Assembly (NCBI GenBank): GCA_015059335.1
Contig: SVAP01000002.1
Span: forward strand, 12,170-76,169
Length of the DNA: 64,000 bases
Direction: 5' to 3'
Source of the DNA: Bacillota bacterium
GTDB taxonomy: Bacteria > Bacillota_I > Bacilli_A > RF39 > UBA660
This document shows, one piece after another, positions 52,615 to 61,440 of this stretch; within the stretch, counting starts at the first letter, position 1, and the number at the start of each line of letters is the position of its first letter. A model generated the notes under the pieces. That model was not told the DNA's origin. It did no database searches and worked only from the letters and a program-made list of their open reading frames with translations. The translations under genes and the position numbers were made by a program.

Positions 52615-52691
52615 GGCCCGTTGGTGAAGTGGTTCAACACACATGCCTTTCACGCATGCATTCACGAGTTCAAATCTCGTACGGGTCACCA
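52615..52691 (+). tRNA. tRNA-Glu (anticodon UUC), CCA encoded
   Basis: GGCCCGTTGGTGAAGTGGTT...CATGC-CTTTCAC-GCATG...ACGAG-TTCAAAT-CTCGT-ACGGGTC-ACCA. Very similar to Bacillus tRNA-Glu. Confidence 0.9.
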
Positions 52692-52807
52692 AATGTCATT
52701 ACAGGGAGTTTGTTATTTTTCAGGCTCCCTTTAATATTGCTTATTTGGCTAATATTATTTATACTTTATTTATTACATGATATAATATAGTAGTTACGAG
52801 GTGTATT

Positions 52808-53320
52808 ATGAACTTTTTAGAAAATGATGTAGACTATTCATATTTAGTTGATGATATAATGGATAACAATGAGTTTAAAAAACTTTCAAAAATACCACAT
52901 CATGGTGAAACAAGATTAGATCATTCAATTAAAGTGTCATACATATCATATAAAATTTGTAAATTTTTAAAATTAGATTATATACAAACAGCAAGAGCTG
53001 GATTACTTCATGATTTTTATTTTGACAGAACTGCTAATCATAAAAAAATTAGTAAAAAAGTAAAATTATATACTACAGGTCATCCATGTGATGCACTAGA
53101 AAATGCAAACAATCATTTTATTTTATCTGATAAAGAAAAAGATATTATTAAAGCTCACATGTTTCCATTTGATTTTAGAATTCCAAAATATTTGGAAGGT
53201 TGGGTTGTTAATTTAGTTGACACTGGAATAAGTTTTTTTGAATTTACAAAAAAATTCAGTTATAAATTAAATACTGCTCTTAATATTTGGTTAATATTAA
53301 TTGTTAATTTACGAAAATAA
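52808..53320 (+). CDS. HD-domain phosphohydrolase (170 aa)
   Basis: HHGETRLDHSIKVSYISY ... AGLLHDFYF. Confidence 0.7.
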   Translation: MNFLENDVDYSYLVDDIMDNNEFKKLSKIPHHGETRLDHSIKVSYISYKICKFLKLDYIQTARAGLLHDFYFDRTANHKKISKKVKLYTTGHPCDALENANNHFILSDKEKDIIKAHMFPFDFRIPKYLEGWVVNLVDTGISFFEFTKKFSYKLNTALNIWLILIVNLRK

Positions 53321-53359
53321 AGGTTACAAAGTAACCTTTTTATGTTATATTAATGTTGT

Positions 53360-53436
53360 GTCCTTGTAGCTCAGTAGGATAGAGCAATCGCCTCCTAAGC
53401 GATAGGTCGTTGGTTCGATTCCAATCAAGGACGCCA
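53360..53436 (+). tRNA. tRNA-Arg (anticodon CCU), CCA encoded
   Basis: GTCCTTG-TA-GCTC-AGTAGGATA-GAGC-A-ATCGC-CTCCTAA-GCGAT-AGGTC-GTTGG-TTCGATT-CCAAT-CAAGGAC-GCCA. Confidence 0.92.
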
Positions 53437-53448
53437 GATGTTATATAA

Positions 53449-53652
53449 ATGTCTTGGAAATTATATATTTTCAAGATGTTTTTATTTAAAAAGTTAATAA
53501 AAAAAAGAAAAATTGACAAATTTGGATATGTTATTAATAAAGGTGTTAAAACAAATGAATTCTGGGATGGAACAATTACATTTAGTAAGAAACCATTAAG
53601 AATCAAGATAAGAAATATATCTGGTGATGAATTAGTTATTAAAATTGATTAG
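53449..53652 (+). CDS. Small ORF (67 aa) of doubtful status; possibly a remnant of a larger gene
   Basis: No SD. Begins 13 nt after tRNA-Arg. A hairpin (gagtaactt/aagttgctc) follows. Sequence FGYVINKGVKTNEFWDGTITFSKKPLRIKIRN has no assignable family. Confidence 0.25.
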   Translation: MSWKLYIFKMFLFKKLIKKRKIDKFGYVINKGVKTNEFWDGTITFSKKPLRIKIRNISGDELVIKID

Positions 53653-53742
53653 AGTAACTTTATAATAAGTTGCTCTTTTATTTATGTAATTTTTATAAAC
53701 TTTTTTAATTACTCTAATATAATAATATTAGATAGGATAAAT

Positions 53743-54588
53743 GTGATAATTATGTATGTATATATAATTTTATTAGCTAGTTTATTTAGTACGATTGGGC
53801 AATATTTAGATAAACATTTGGTCAATTTGGGAGTAAGTAAAAAAGACTATTGTTATTATATGTGTTTATCAACTATACCATTCACAATACTAATGTTGAT
53901 TATAGAATATTTTACACAACAATTAAGATTTTATTTTTATCCACTACCATTTATTTTAATATTATTCGCAATGTTTTTTAGATATAAAAAATTATACACT
54001 GTTGTAGGATGTTTAAAACATCTTAATCCATATGAAGATTCAGCATACTTGTCATTAAGTGTAATACTAGCTTATATAATAGATTTAATATTAAAAATAG
54101 AAACATTTAATTATATTTCAATTATATCTATAATACTAACTATAACAGGTGTTTTTATCCTTTCTTCATCTAAATTAAAAATTAGAAATCTTCAGAAAAG
54201 TTTAATAATAAGAATATTATCATCTTTAATGATGGGATATGTTACTCATTATATACTACAATATTGGTCTAATGCATTTTATATGCTATTATTGAATTTA
54301 ATGTTAACATTAATATTTTCAAAAGATTATACAATAAAATATAACAAAGAACATAGTAATATAATTAAGTGGGTATTTATACAGCAAACATTTGGATTTT
54401 CATTTTTATATTTAAGTAATTATTTGTCATCTAATTCAGTGACATTATCATCATACATTAAACCAATGTCAGTAATTATGGTTGTAATTTTATCAATGTT
54501 TATAAAACAGAAGGATAAAAAACCAAATATAAGACAAATAATTGCGATTATCTTAGTAATATTTGGAGTTGTTTTAATTAATAAATAA
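53743..54588 (+). CDS. Polytopic membrane protein, DMT/EamA-like by architecture
   Basis: About 9-10 TM segments over 281 aa. GTG 53743 is 5 nt after AGGAT; ATG 53752 is an alternative start. Confidence 0.4.
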   Translation: MIIMYVYIILLASLFSTIGQYLDKHLVNLGVSKKDYCYYMCLSTIPFTILMLIIEYFTQQLRFYFYPLPFILILFAMFFRYKKLYTVVGCLKHLNPYEDSAYLSLSVILAYIIDLILKIETFNYISIISIILTITGVFILSSSKLKIRNLQKSLIIRILSSLMMGYVTHYILQYWSNAFYMLLLNLMLTLIFSKDYTIKYNKEHSNIIKWVFIQQTFGFSFLYLSNYLSSNSVTLSSYIKPMSVIMVVILSMFIKQKDKKPNIRQIIAIILVIFGVVLINK

Positions 54589-54658
54589 AACTACTCATAA
54601 TTTTTTGAGTAGTTTTTATATTTTCCTCGAAAAATTCGAGTTTCATATCAATCTGGTG
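54582..54658. repeat. tRNA-trailer/terminator module, copy C (abuts the 3' end of tRNA-Thr)
   Basis: ataaataaaactactcataattttttgagtagtttttatattttcctcgaaaaattcgagtttcatatcaatctggtg. The segment gtagtttttatatt...ctcgaaaa.ttcgagtttc.tatcaatctggtg is nearly identical to copy B. Confidence 0.8.
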
Positions 54659-54727
54659 CCACAAGTAGGAATCGGACCTACGTTAAAGCCTTACCATGGC
54701 CTCGTAATACCATTATACTATTGTGGC
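54654..54727 (-). tRNA. tRNA-Thr (anticodon GGU), CCA encoded, with a non-canonical T-loop (C at position 55)
   Basis: The reverse complement is GCCACAA-TA-GTA-TAATGGTAT-TAC-G-AGGCC-ATGGTAA-GGCTT-TAAC-GTAGG-TCCGATT-CCTAC-TTGTGGC-ACCA. The D stem has only 3 bp and the T-loop reads TCCGATT, not TTCGATT. Confidence 0.7.
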
Positions 54728-54838
54728 ATAACAAAATTGTAACACATTCACATTTACAACACAACTTATACTAACAATTTTTATAAATTTATGTTTTTTA
54801 TTTTATAGTGTGGTTAGAATAATTATGAGGGTGAATAT

Positions 54839-55447
54839 ATGAAAAAAATAAAATATGGTGTTACATTGATAATTTTTATAACTATATTAATAATGTTCTT
54901 GATTAAATCAATAAGACTTGGAAATTATGAAAATTTTATACCGGTTATATCTACAATATTTGCTTTTTTTATTCCTATTATTGTAGAAAAAATATTTAAA
55001 ATTAAACTACCAGATATATTAAAGACATTTTTTGTTATATTTATATTTGTATCAAAATTTATGGGTGGAGATAATTTTTACTTTTCAACTATGCCATTAT
55101 ACGATAAAATCATTCATTTAATATATGGAATATTTTCATATTTTATAAGTATATTTATATTAGTAAGATTTGTAAGAATTAAAAAAACAAATATATTATT
55201 TAATATATTTTTTTGTATTGTATTTGCTTTAGGTACGTCAGTTATTTGGGAATTTTTAGAATTTGCATTTGATAAGGTACTTTATCAAAATAATCAAAGA
55301 TTAGAAACTGGAATTAATGATACAATGTTTGACTTAATGTATACATCTATGTCATGTATTATAGTTTCAATGTTTTATTATGTAGAAGAAAAATTAAATA
55401 AAAGTATAATAGTAAATAAATTTATTAATTCATTGAATAAAGTGTAG
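54839..55447 (+). CDS. Membrane protein, paralog 1 (202 aa)
   Basis: Five to six TM helices. Conserved DKIIHLIYG, WEFLEFAFD, NDTMFDLM. Family not identified. Confidence 0.6.
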   Translation: MKKIKYGVTLIIFITILIMFLIKSIRLGNYENFIPVISTIFAFFIPIIVEKIFKIKLPDILKTFFVIFIFVSKFMGGDNFYFSTMPLYDKIIHLIYGIFSYFISIFILVRFVRIKKTNILFNIFFCIVFALGTSVIWEFLEFAFDKVLYQNNQRLETGINDTMFDLMYTSMSCIIVSMFYYVEEKLNKSIIVNKFINSLNKV

Positions 55448-55483
55448 TATTTTGTTAGAATAAAATAAGAAAAGGTGGTAATT

Positions 55484-56095
55484 ATGAAAAAAATAAAACT
55501 AATTAATTGGATTATTATATTAAGTGTTTCAATATTTTCAATATTTTATTTATTCTTTGGGAATCATGAAAAGACTATATATAAGAATTTGATTATTATT
55601 TCAATAATACCAGTAATGTTAATACCATCATTACTAAATAAATTTTCAAAATTTAAAATCAATCCTGAAATAGAATTTGTATATTTAATTTTTATATTCT
55701 TTGGACACTTCTTAGGTTCTGTATTAAATTTTTATTATAAAATAGGAATATATGATAAACTAATCCATGGATTATCAGGAGTTATGACATCAATTTTAGC
55801 TGTTGTAATATTAGTTAAAAGCAAGTGTTATGAAAATAATCCAATATGGGTTAATATATTATTTATTATATCTGTAACATTATCTGTTGCAGCATTCTGG
55901 GAATTTTTTGAATTTATAAATGATAATATTTTTAGTAAAGATGCTCAAAAAGTTATTAAGACTGGTGTTGATGATACTATGACGGATATGATAATGGCAT
56001 TTATTGGTTCTATTATTTATTCAGTGATGTATTTTATTGAAACAAAAACAAAAAAGAAAATGGTAGTAGGTAAGTTTGCAGATAATATAAAATAA
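55484..56095 (+). CDS. Membrane protein, paralog 2 (203 aa)
   Basis: DKLIHGLSG, WEFFEFIND, DDTMTDMI. Start moved to ATG 55484, 5-6 nt after AAAGGTGG. Confidence 0.6.
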   Translation: MKKIKLINWIIILSVSIFSIFYLFFGNHEKTIYKNLIIISIIPVMLIPSLLNKFSKFKINPEIEFVYLIFIFFGHFLGSVLNFYYKIGIYDKLIHGLSGVMTSILAVVILVKSKCYENNPIWVNILFIISVTLSVAAFWEFFEFINDNIFSKDAQKVIKTGVDDTMTDMIMAFIGSIIYSVMYFIETKTKKKMVVGKFADNIK

Positions 56096-56154
56096 TAAAA
56101 GCATATTGAAAAAATATGCTTTTTATTGTATATTGATAATAGGAGGAATGAGAT

Positions 56155-57606
56155 ATGAACAAAGTTCAAAAAATATTAGGGGTTTTAGTTGTTTCGTTAT
56201 TTTCATGTGTAGTATTTCCAAATTTTGTTAGTGCAACTGAATATGAAGAAAATTTAATTAAAAGAATCGCTCCAGATGGTAAAAATGTAACAATTAAAGC
56301 AATTAAACCTAAAAATGACGAGGAAGTATTTAGATACATAAATGGTATTGCGCAAACAATGTTAAATGAAGAAGATTATGATTTGTATATGACATGTGAC
56401 AATGATGATGTTACAAAATGTAATATAACTATTCAAGAAATATCTGATAAAGCAGAAAATTTCACCAAATCATATGATGTTAATGTAACTTATATTGAAC
56501 CAGAAAAGAATTCAATAATCGAGTCATATATTAATAACTATTTAGGAGATTTAAAAGATTTTAATTGGGATGTAGATGATTTTTTCAAAGTTACTGATTT
56601 AGGGTTAATTAACTACTATATGACAAGTGAAAAATCTGAATTGTGGAATCCAAATGCCGCAAGTCGTGCGATAAAATATTCAAAAGATGTTATTGAAATG
56701 ACCAATGGAAGTAACTTATCATTTATACTTCGCACTGGAATGGGTGAGCAAGGTGACGATTTAATGTATGAAACAGCTGTTGGTGAAATGACTGTTTTGT
56801 ATAATGGTTATGCATATGGTGGAAAACAACAAGGAGTTTATTTAAGAAGAGTACTTTATATTCCAGAATCAACAGAAAACACAAAAGAAGCATATGTTGC
56901 TGCTGCTCAAAAAAGAATCGATGATTATTTAGGACAAAAGGGATTAGTAACTGTTTCTTATGGAGGAGATTTATCGTCAGGTATAGCGTTAGATAGTCTA
57001 GTTGATGTTGATAGAACAGATGGTAATTATTATAATATAAGCGTTACTGTTAATGATGTTGTCAAAACATATCCGTTCTATATTATGAAAGGTAGCACTG
57101 AAGACTTAACCGTTCCAACATATTTAGGTAGTGATATAGAATCAAATATTACTATTACAAATAGTGATCCATATATTCCACTTGATACATCACTTACTGT
57201 TAAAAATGTTATAGATGATAATATTAAGAAAATTTTAGGTACTAATAATTATAAAGCTTTTGATATTAAACTATATTCTGATGGATTAGGTGCATTAATA
57301 GAAAAAAGTAATGATAAGTTTCTAGTACGTATGCCACTTCCTGAAGAATATGAAGATAAAAGTTTAATTGTGTATTATATCAATTCTAACAATGAAAAAG
57401 AAGAACATACTGTTACTGTTAAAGATGGGTATGCAACATTTGAAACAAACCATTTTAGTACATATATCCTAACTGAAAATACTAATAATACAGTTGTAGA
57501 AACTCCTAATACTTTAGATAATATTTCATTATATTTTATCTTTGGAATAATTTCAGTTATGGGGTTAGTATCAACTTCAATATATTTAAATAAAAGATAT
57601 AATTAA
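56155..57606 (+). CDS. Secreted protein with C-terminal membrane anchor (483 aa), unknown function
   Basis: Signal peptide ...FPNFVSA. C-terminal helix ISLYFIFGIISVMGLVSTSIYL followed by NKRYN. AGGAGGAA SD. Confidence 0.6.
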   Translation: MNKVQKILGVLVVSLFSCVVFPNFVSATEYEENLIKRIAPDGKNVTIKAIKPKNDEEVFRYINGIAQTMLNEEDYDLYMTCDNDDVTKCNITIQEISDKAENFTKSYDVNVTYIEPEKNSIIESYINNYLGDLKDFNWDVDDFFKVTDLGLINYYMTSEKSELWNPNAASRAIKYSKDVIEMTNGSNLSFILRTGMGEQGDDLMYETAVGEMTVLYNGYAYGGKQQGVYLRRVLYIPESTENTKEAYVAAAQKRIDDYLGQKGLVTVSYGGDLSSGIALDSLVDVDRTDGNYYNISVTVNDVVKTYPFYIMKGSTEDLTVPTYLGSDIESNITITNSDPYIPLDTSLTVKNVIDDNIKKILGTNNYKAFDIKLYSDGLGALIEKSNDKFLVRMPLPEEYEDKSLIVYYINSNNEKEEHTVTVKDGYATFETNHFSTYILTENTNNTVVETPNTLDNISLYFIFGIISVMGLVSTSIYLNKRYN

Positions 57607-57633
57607 AGGAATGAGCAAATCATTCCTTTTTTT
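57605..57633. terminator. Bidirectional terminator
   Basis: aaaggaatga-gcaaa-tcattccttt with T/A runs on both sides. Confidence 0.8.
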
Positions 57634-57967
57634 ACATCATATACATATTGGAATCACTTATATTATAATTATCTGATGAACTTTTATAATCAAATGAATC
57701 AATATTTAATTTATTTTCCAATCTAGCAACTCTAGAATCAAGTCTTCTTATTTGTCTTTCCATACGATTTAATCTTTGTTCAATAATTGAAATCTCATTA
57801 TTTTGATTATATATATTTGGACAATTTTGAATAGGCATATTCATATATGGATTCATTTGAAAAGCATTACTTGTAAACATTTGTGAATTTTGAAAACCTG
57901 GTTGACCAAACATTGGATTTCCAAAATAACTTTGATTTTCAAAATACATATCTCTATCTTTTTTCAT
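57632..57967 (-). CDS. Small Q/N/M/F-rich protein with C-terminal coiled coil (111 aa)
   Basis: N-terminal half YFENQSYFGNPMFGQPGFQNSQMFTSNAFQMNPYMNMPIQN, followed by EQRLNRMERQIRRLDSRVARLENKL. GAAGGGAGAC SD on the minus strand. Confidence 0.55.
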   Translation of the reverse strand: MKKDRDMYFENQSYFGNPMFGQPGFQNSQMFTSNAFQMNPYMNMPIQNCPNIYNQNNEISIIEQRLNRMERQIRRLDSRVARLENKLNIDSFDYKSSSDNYNISDSNMYMM

Positions 57968-58056
57968 AAAAAGTCTCCCTTCATACTCATTTAATTATAT
58001 GACAAAAGTTTACAAAAATTGTGGGCTATAGTATAATTTTTATGGGTGAAACAAAA

Positions 58057-58683
58057 ATGAGACTTAGAAATGTTAAAGGTAAAGAAGCAATAATATCAAA
58101 TTCTTGTTATATAATCAAAAATCCAACACAATATAAGGGTAAATGGAAGAGTGTTTTTAATAATGACAATGATATTTATATCGAAATTGGAATGGGCAAA
58201 GGTAAATTTATAATTGAGAATGCGATAAAATATCCTAATATTAATTTTATAGGTATTGAAAAATACGATAGTGTAATGGTTAGGGCATTAGAAAAGTTAC
58301 AAGATAAGAAAATTGATAATTTGAAATTGATTATTTTTGATGCATTAAAATTAGATGAGATATTTGATAAAGAAATTAATAGAATATATTTAAATTTTTC
58401 TGATCCTTGGCCAAAGAAAAGACATACACATAGAAGACTAACTAGTGAAATATTTTTAAAATTATATGACAAGGTATTTGCATGTGATAATGAAATAATT
58501 ATGAAAACTGATAATAAAGGACTATTTGCTTTTTCGATTGAATCATTAAGCAAATATGGATACATCTTAGAAAATGTTACTTTGGATTTACAAGATGAAG
58601 ATGATAATATTACTACTGAATATGAAGAAAAATTTAGAAATAGAGATATTACTATAAACAGATTAGAAGCTAGAAAAAAATAG
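58057..58683 (+). CDS. trmB: tRNA (guanine46-N7)-methyltransferase
   Basis: MRLRNVKG..., IGIEKY, FSDPWPKKRHTHRRL. Start moved from 58021 to ATG 58057. Confidence 0.9.
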   Translation: MRLRNVKGKEAIISNSCYIIKNPTQYKGKWKSVFNNDNDIYIEIGMGKGKFIIENAIKYPNINFIGIEKYDSVMVRALEKLQDKKIDNLKLIIFDALKLDEIFDKEINRIYLNFSDPWPKKRHTHRRLTSEIFLKLYDKVFACDNEIIMKTDNKGLFAFSIESLSKYGYILENVTLDLQDEDDNITTEYEEKFRNRDITINRLEARKK

Positions 58684-58691
58684 GTGATGTT

Positions 58692-59402
58692 ATGCAAAGA
58701 TATTTTGTTGACAATAAAGAGTTTAAACTAAATTCTGGTGATATTCATCATATTAAAAATGTTATGAGAATGAATGTTGGAGAATTAATTGAAGTTATTA
58801 ACGACGAAAAACTATATATATGTAAAATAACAGAAATAGATAAAGATAAAGTTAGTGTTAGTGTTGTAGAAGAAAAAGAAGATAATAATGAATTATCTAA
58901 ACATATTACTATTGCCTTTTCTATTACGAAAGAAGATAAAATTGATTTGATTTTACAAAAATGCACTGAATTAGGAATTAAAGAGTTTATTCCTGTAGAA
59001 ATGTCTAGATGTAATATTAAGATAGATAAAAGTAAAGTCGATAAAAAAGTTGATAGATGGAATTTAATATGTAAAGAGGCAGCAGAACAATCTAAAAGGA
59101 ATATCATTCCTAAAGTTAATAAAATCCATAAATTAAAGGATTTAATTAATTTAGATTATGATTTAAAAATATTATGTAGTGTAAACCAAGGTGTAATAAA
59201 TATAAAGAATGTATTACATAATAATACAAAGTGTGATAAAATTATATTTGTAATAGGACCAGAAGGTGGAATTTCTAGTGAGGAAGAAAACTTCCTAATT
59301 GAAAATAATTTTATTCCAACTTCACTTGGTAGAAGGGTTCTTAGAACTGAAACTGCACCTATAGTTATAGGTAGCATGTTAAATTATGAATATATGGAGT
59401 GA
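58692..59402 (+). CDS. rsmE: 16S rRNA (uracil1498-N3)-methyltransferase
   Basis: MQRYFV...HHIKNVMRMNVGE ... IGPEGGISSEEENFL ... LGRRVLRTETAP. Confidence 0.9.
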   Translation: MQRYFVDNKEFKLNSGDIHHIKNVMRMNVGELIEVINDEKLYICKITEIDKDKVSVSVVEEKEDNNELSKHITIAFSITKEDKIDLILQKCTELGIKEFIPVEMSRCNIKIDKSKVDKKVDRWNLICKEAAEQSKRNIIPKVNKIHKLKDLINLDYDLKILCSVNQGVINIKNVLHNNTKCDKIIFVIGPEGGISSEEENFLIENNFIPTSLGRRVLRTETAPIVIGSMLNYEYME

Positions 59403-59406
59403 TATT

Positions 59407-60108
59407 ATGGATAAGCTATTCAATATATTAAATGGTTTAAGTATAACTGATAAAGCATTATTAGTTGTTTTAATTGGATTAGTATTATTACTTATTATAA
59501 TGGTAATAATATTTGCTTGTACAAAAAAAAGCGCAATAACTGACATAGAAGCTAGTTTAGATTTCTTTGATGAGTTAAAAAAGGAAGACGATAATACTAA
59601 AAGTGTTTATGTTAGTGAGGAAGAAGTTAAAGAAGAAAAAGCTATTGCAGTTAAAATAGAAGAAGAGCCTAAATCTAAAATGGATTTAGAATCTATTTCA
59701 AATCAAATGGAACAAGATATGAATAAATCAAATATTGATTTAACTGACTTTGAAATAGAACAAGAAGAAAAAGCTATTATTAGTTATAAAGAATTAATAA
59801 ATAAAGTAAAACAAAATGATTTGAGTAATGTTAATGTTCAAACTGTTGATTTAGATGATAGAGGATATACATTACCTGAAGTTGAAAATGAATTTTCATA
59901 TGATACAGAAGTGTTAGACTTTTCAGATCTTTTAGAAAAAACTACTGAGATTATAGCTCCAATTAATGAAATTGAAAGTCCATCTGCAGAAATAATTAAA
60001 AATACAAATATTAAAAGTATATTAGATATAGAGGATTTAGATCAACCAATATATAATTGTAATGAATTTTTAAGTGCGCTTAAAGATTTGAGGGACAGTC
60101 TACAATGA
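59407..60108 (+). CDS. Acidic membrane-anchored protein of unknown function
   Basis: One N-terminal TM helix (ALLVVLIGLVLLLIIMVIIFA) followed by an E/D-rich region. GGAGTG SD 5 nt before ATG 59407. The stop overlaps the mtaB start. Confidence 0.55.
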   Translation: MDKLFNILNGLSITDKALLVVLIGLVLLLIIMVIIFACTKKSAITDIEASLDFFDELKKEDDNTKSVYVSEEEVKEEKAIAVKIEEEPKSKMDLESISNQMEQDMNKSNIDLTDFEIEQEEKAIISYKELINKVKQNDLSNVNVQTVDLDDRGYTLPEVENEFSYDTEVLDFSDLLEKTTEIIAPINEIESPSAEIIKNTNIKSILDIEDLDQPIYNCNEFLSALKDLRDSLQ

Positions 60109-61403
60109 CATTTAGTATATATACTTTAGGATGTAAGGTTAATGCGTATGAAAGTGAGTTTATGACTCACTTATTTACGTCTTATGGGTACAAATTGGTT
60201 GATTATGAAGATAATGCAGATATTTATGTTATAAATACTTGTACAGTAACAAATAGTGCGGATAATAAATCTAAAAAAATTATAAGACATACTAGAAAAA
60301 ATAATCCTAATTCAATAATAATTGTATGTGGGTGTTATACTCAATATAAAAAAGGTGAAATAGAAGTAATTGATGATGTTGATATTGTTATTGGAAATAA
60401 AGATAAAAGTAAAGTTATAGAATATCTTGAAAAGTATTTGGCAAATAAAAATAAGATAAATACCATATATGATTTAAAAAAACAAGAATTTGAAGATATG
60501 GAAATTAAGGAATTTAATAGTAAGACTCGTGCGTTTGTTAAAATTCAAGATGGATGTAATAATTTTTGTTCTTATTGTATTATTCCATATGTAAGGGGTA
60601 ATATTAGAAGTAAAAAATTAGAGACAGTTATTGAGGAGATTACAAATCTAGTAAATAATGGTCATAAAGAAGTAGTTTTAACAGGTATTCATACAGGTCA
60701 CTATGGTAGTGATATAAATAGTAATTTAACTACTTTGCTTCAAGAAATTAGTAAAATTTCAGGACTAGAGAGAATTAGAATATCTTCTATCGAAATAACT
60801 GAATTAGATGATAATTTCTTGAAAGAGTTAGAAAATAATAAACTTATTGTAGATCATATGCATATTCCTTTACAAAGTGGTTGTGATAAGACTCTATATG
60901 AAATGAATAGAAAATATGATACTAAATACTTTGAAGAGAAAATTAACAAAATAAGAAGTATCAGACCGGATATATCAATTACAACTGATGTGATAGTAGG
61001 ATTTCCTAATGAAACTGATGAAGATTTTGATAATACAGTAGAGTTTATAAATAAAATTAAATTTTCTAAATTGCATGTATTTCCATACTCAAAAAGAGAT
61101 GGTACAAAAGCTGCAGTAATGGAAAATCAAGTTGATGAAAAAGTTAAAAAACAAAGAGCTAGAATTTTACTTAACTTATCTAAATATTTAGAACATGAGT
61201 ATTATATTAAGTTTGAAGGCAGAAATTTAGATGTACTATTTGAAACTAATAAAAATGGTAAATATCAAGGTCATACTGAAAATTATCTTGAAGTAGAAGT
61301 TAGTAGTGATAGAGATATTAGAAATGAAATGCATAATGTAAGATTAAAAAAAGTAATTGATAATAAATGTGAAGGAAAAATTATTGAAAAAATCAAACAA
61401 TAG
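60105..61403 (+). CDS. mtaB: tRNA (t6A37) methylthiotransferase MtaB (radical SAM, MiaB-like)
   Basis: UPF0004 N-domain TLGCKVNAYESE...INTCTVT. Radical SAM GCNNFCSYCIIPYVRG. TRAM C-terminus. The order rsmE...mtaB matches B. subtilis yqeU-yqeV. Confidence 0.85.
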   Translation: MTFSIYTLGCKVNAYESEFMTHLFTSYGYKLVDYEDNADIYVINTCTVTNSADNKSKKIIRHTRKNNPNSIIIVCGCYTQYKKGEIEVIDDVDIVIGNKDKSKVIEYLEKYLANKNKINTIYDLKKQEFEDMEIKEFNSKTRAFVKIQDGCNNFCSYCIIPYVRGNIRSKKLETVIEEITNLVNNGHKEVVLTGIHTGHYGSDINSNLTTLLQEISKISGLERIRISSIEITELDDNFLKELENNKLIVDHMHIPLQSGCDKTLYEMNRKYDTKYFEEKINKIRSIRPDISITTDVIVGFPNETDEDFDNTVEFINKIKFSKLHVFPYSKRDGTKAAVMENQVDEKVKKQRARILLNLSKYLEHEYYIKFEGRNLDVLFETNKNGKYQGHTENYLEVEVSSDRDIRNEMHNVRLKKVIDNKCEGKIIEKIKQ

Positions 61404-61425
61404 AATATACAAATAATATAATTTG

Positions 61426-61434
61426 TGTTATAAT
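61426..61434 (+). promoter_or_regulatory. Extended -10 promoter element TGtTATAAT for the downstream structured RNA
   Basis: tgt-tataat at 61426-61434, about 7 nt before the first paired base of the RNA. Confidence 0.5.
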
Positions 61435-61440
61435 TAAAAT

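Noticed and set aside
53340-53606. 88-aa minus-strand ORF
   Set aside because: It is antisense across tRNA-Arg and has no SD, so it is an artefact.
58176-58697. 173-aa minus-strand ORF, plus many other 60-140-aa antisense ORFs inside long genes (for example 834-1028, 1722-2012, 2214-2573, 5088-5495, 5535-5867, 9644-10075, 36104-36415, 40602-40976, 50696-51022, 51857-52288, 58748-59107)
   Set aside because: All lie antisense within genes that have strong family signatures. They lack an SD and translate to low-complexity Leu/Ile/Ser/Phe-rich strings typical of the reverse strand of AT-rich coding DNA.
59400-59402. Possibility of genetic code 4 (TGA = Trp), given the very low GC and Mollicutes-like composition
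   Set aside because: TGA terminates well-conserved genes at the expected length (for example rsmE at 59400-59402). Conserved Trp positions (the dockerin NVWG, EPWH-like PWH, WAFS) are encoded by TGG. The standard code 11 fits.
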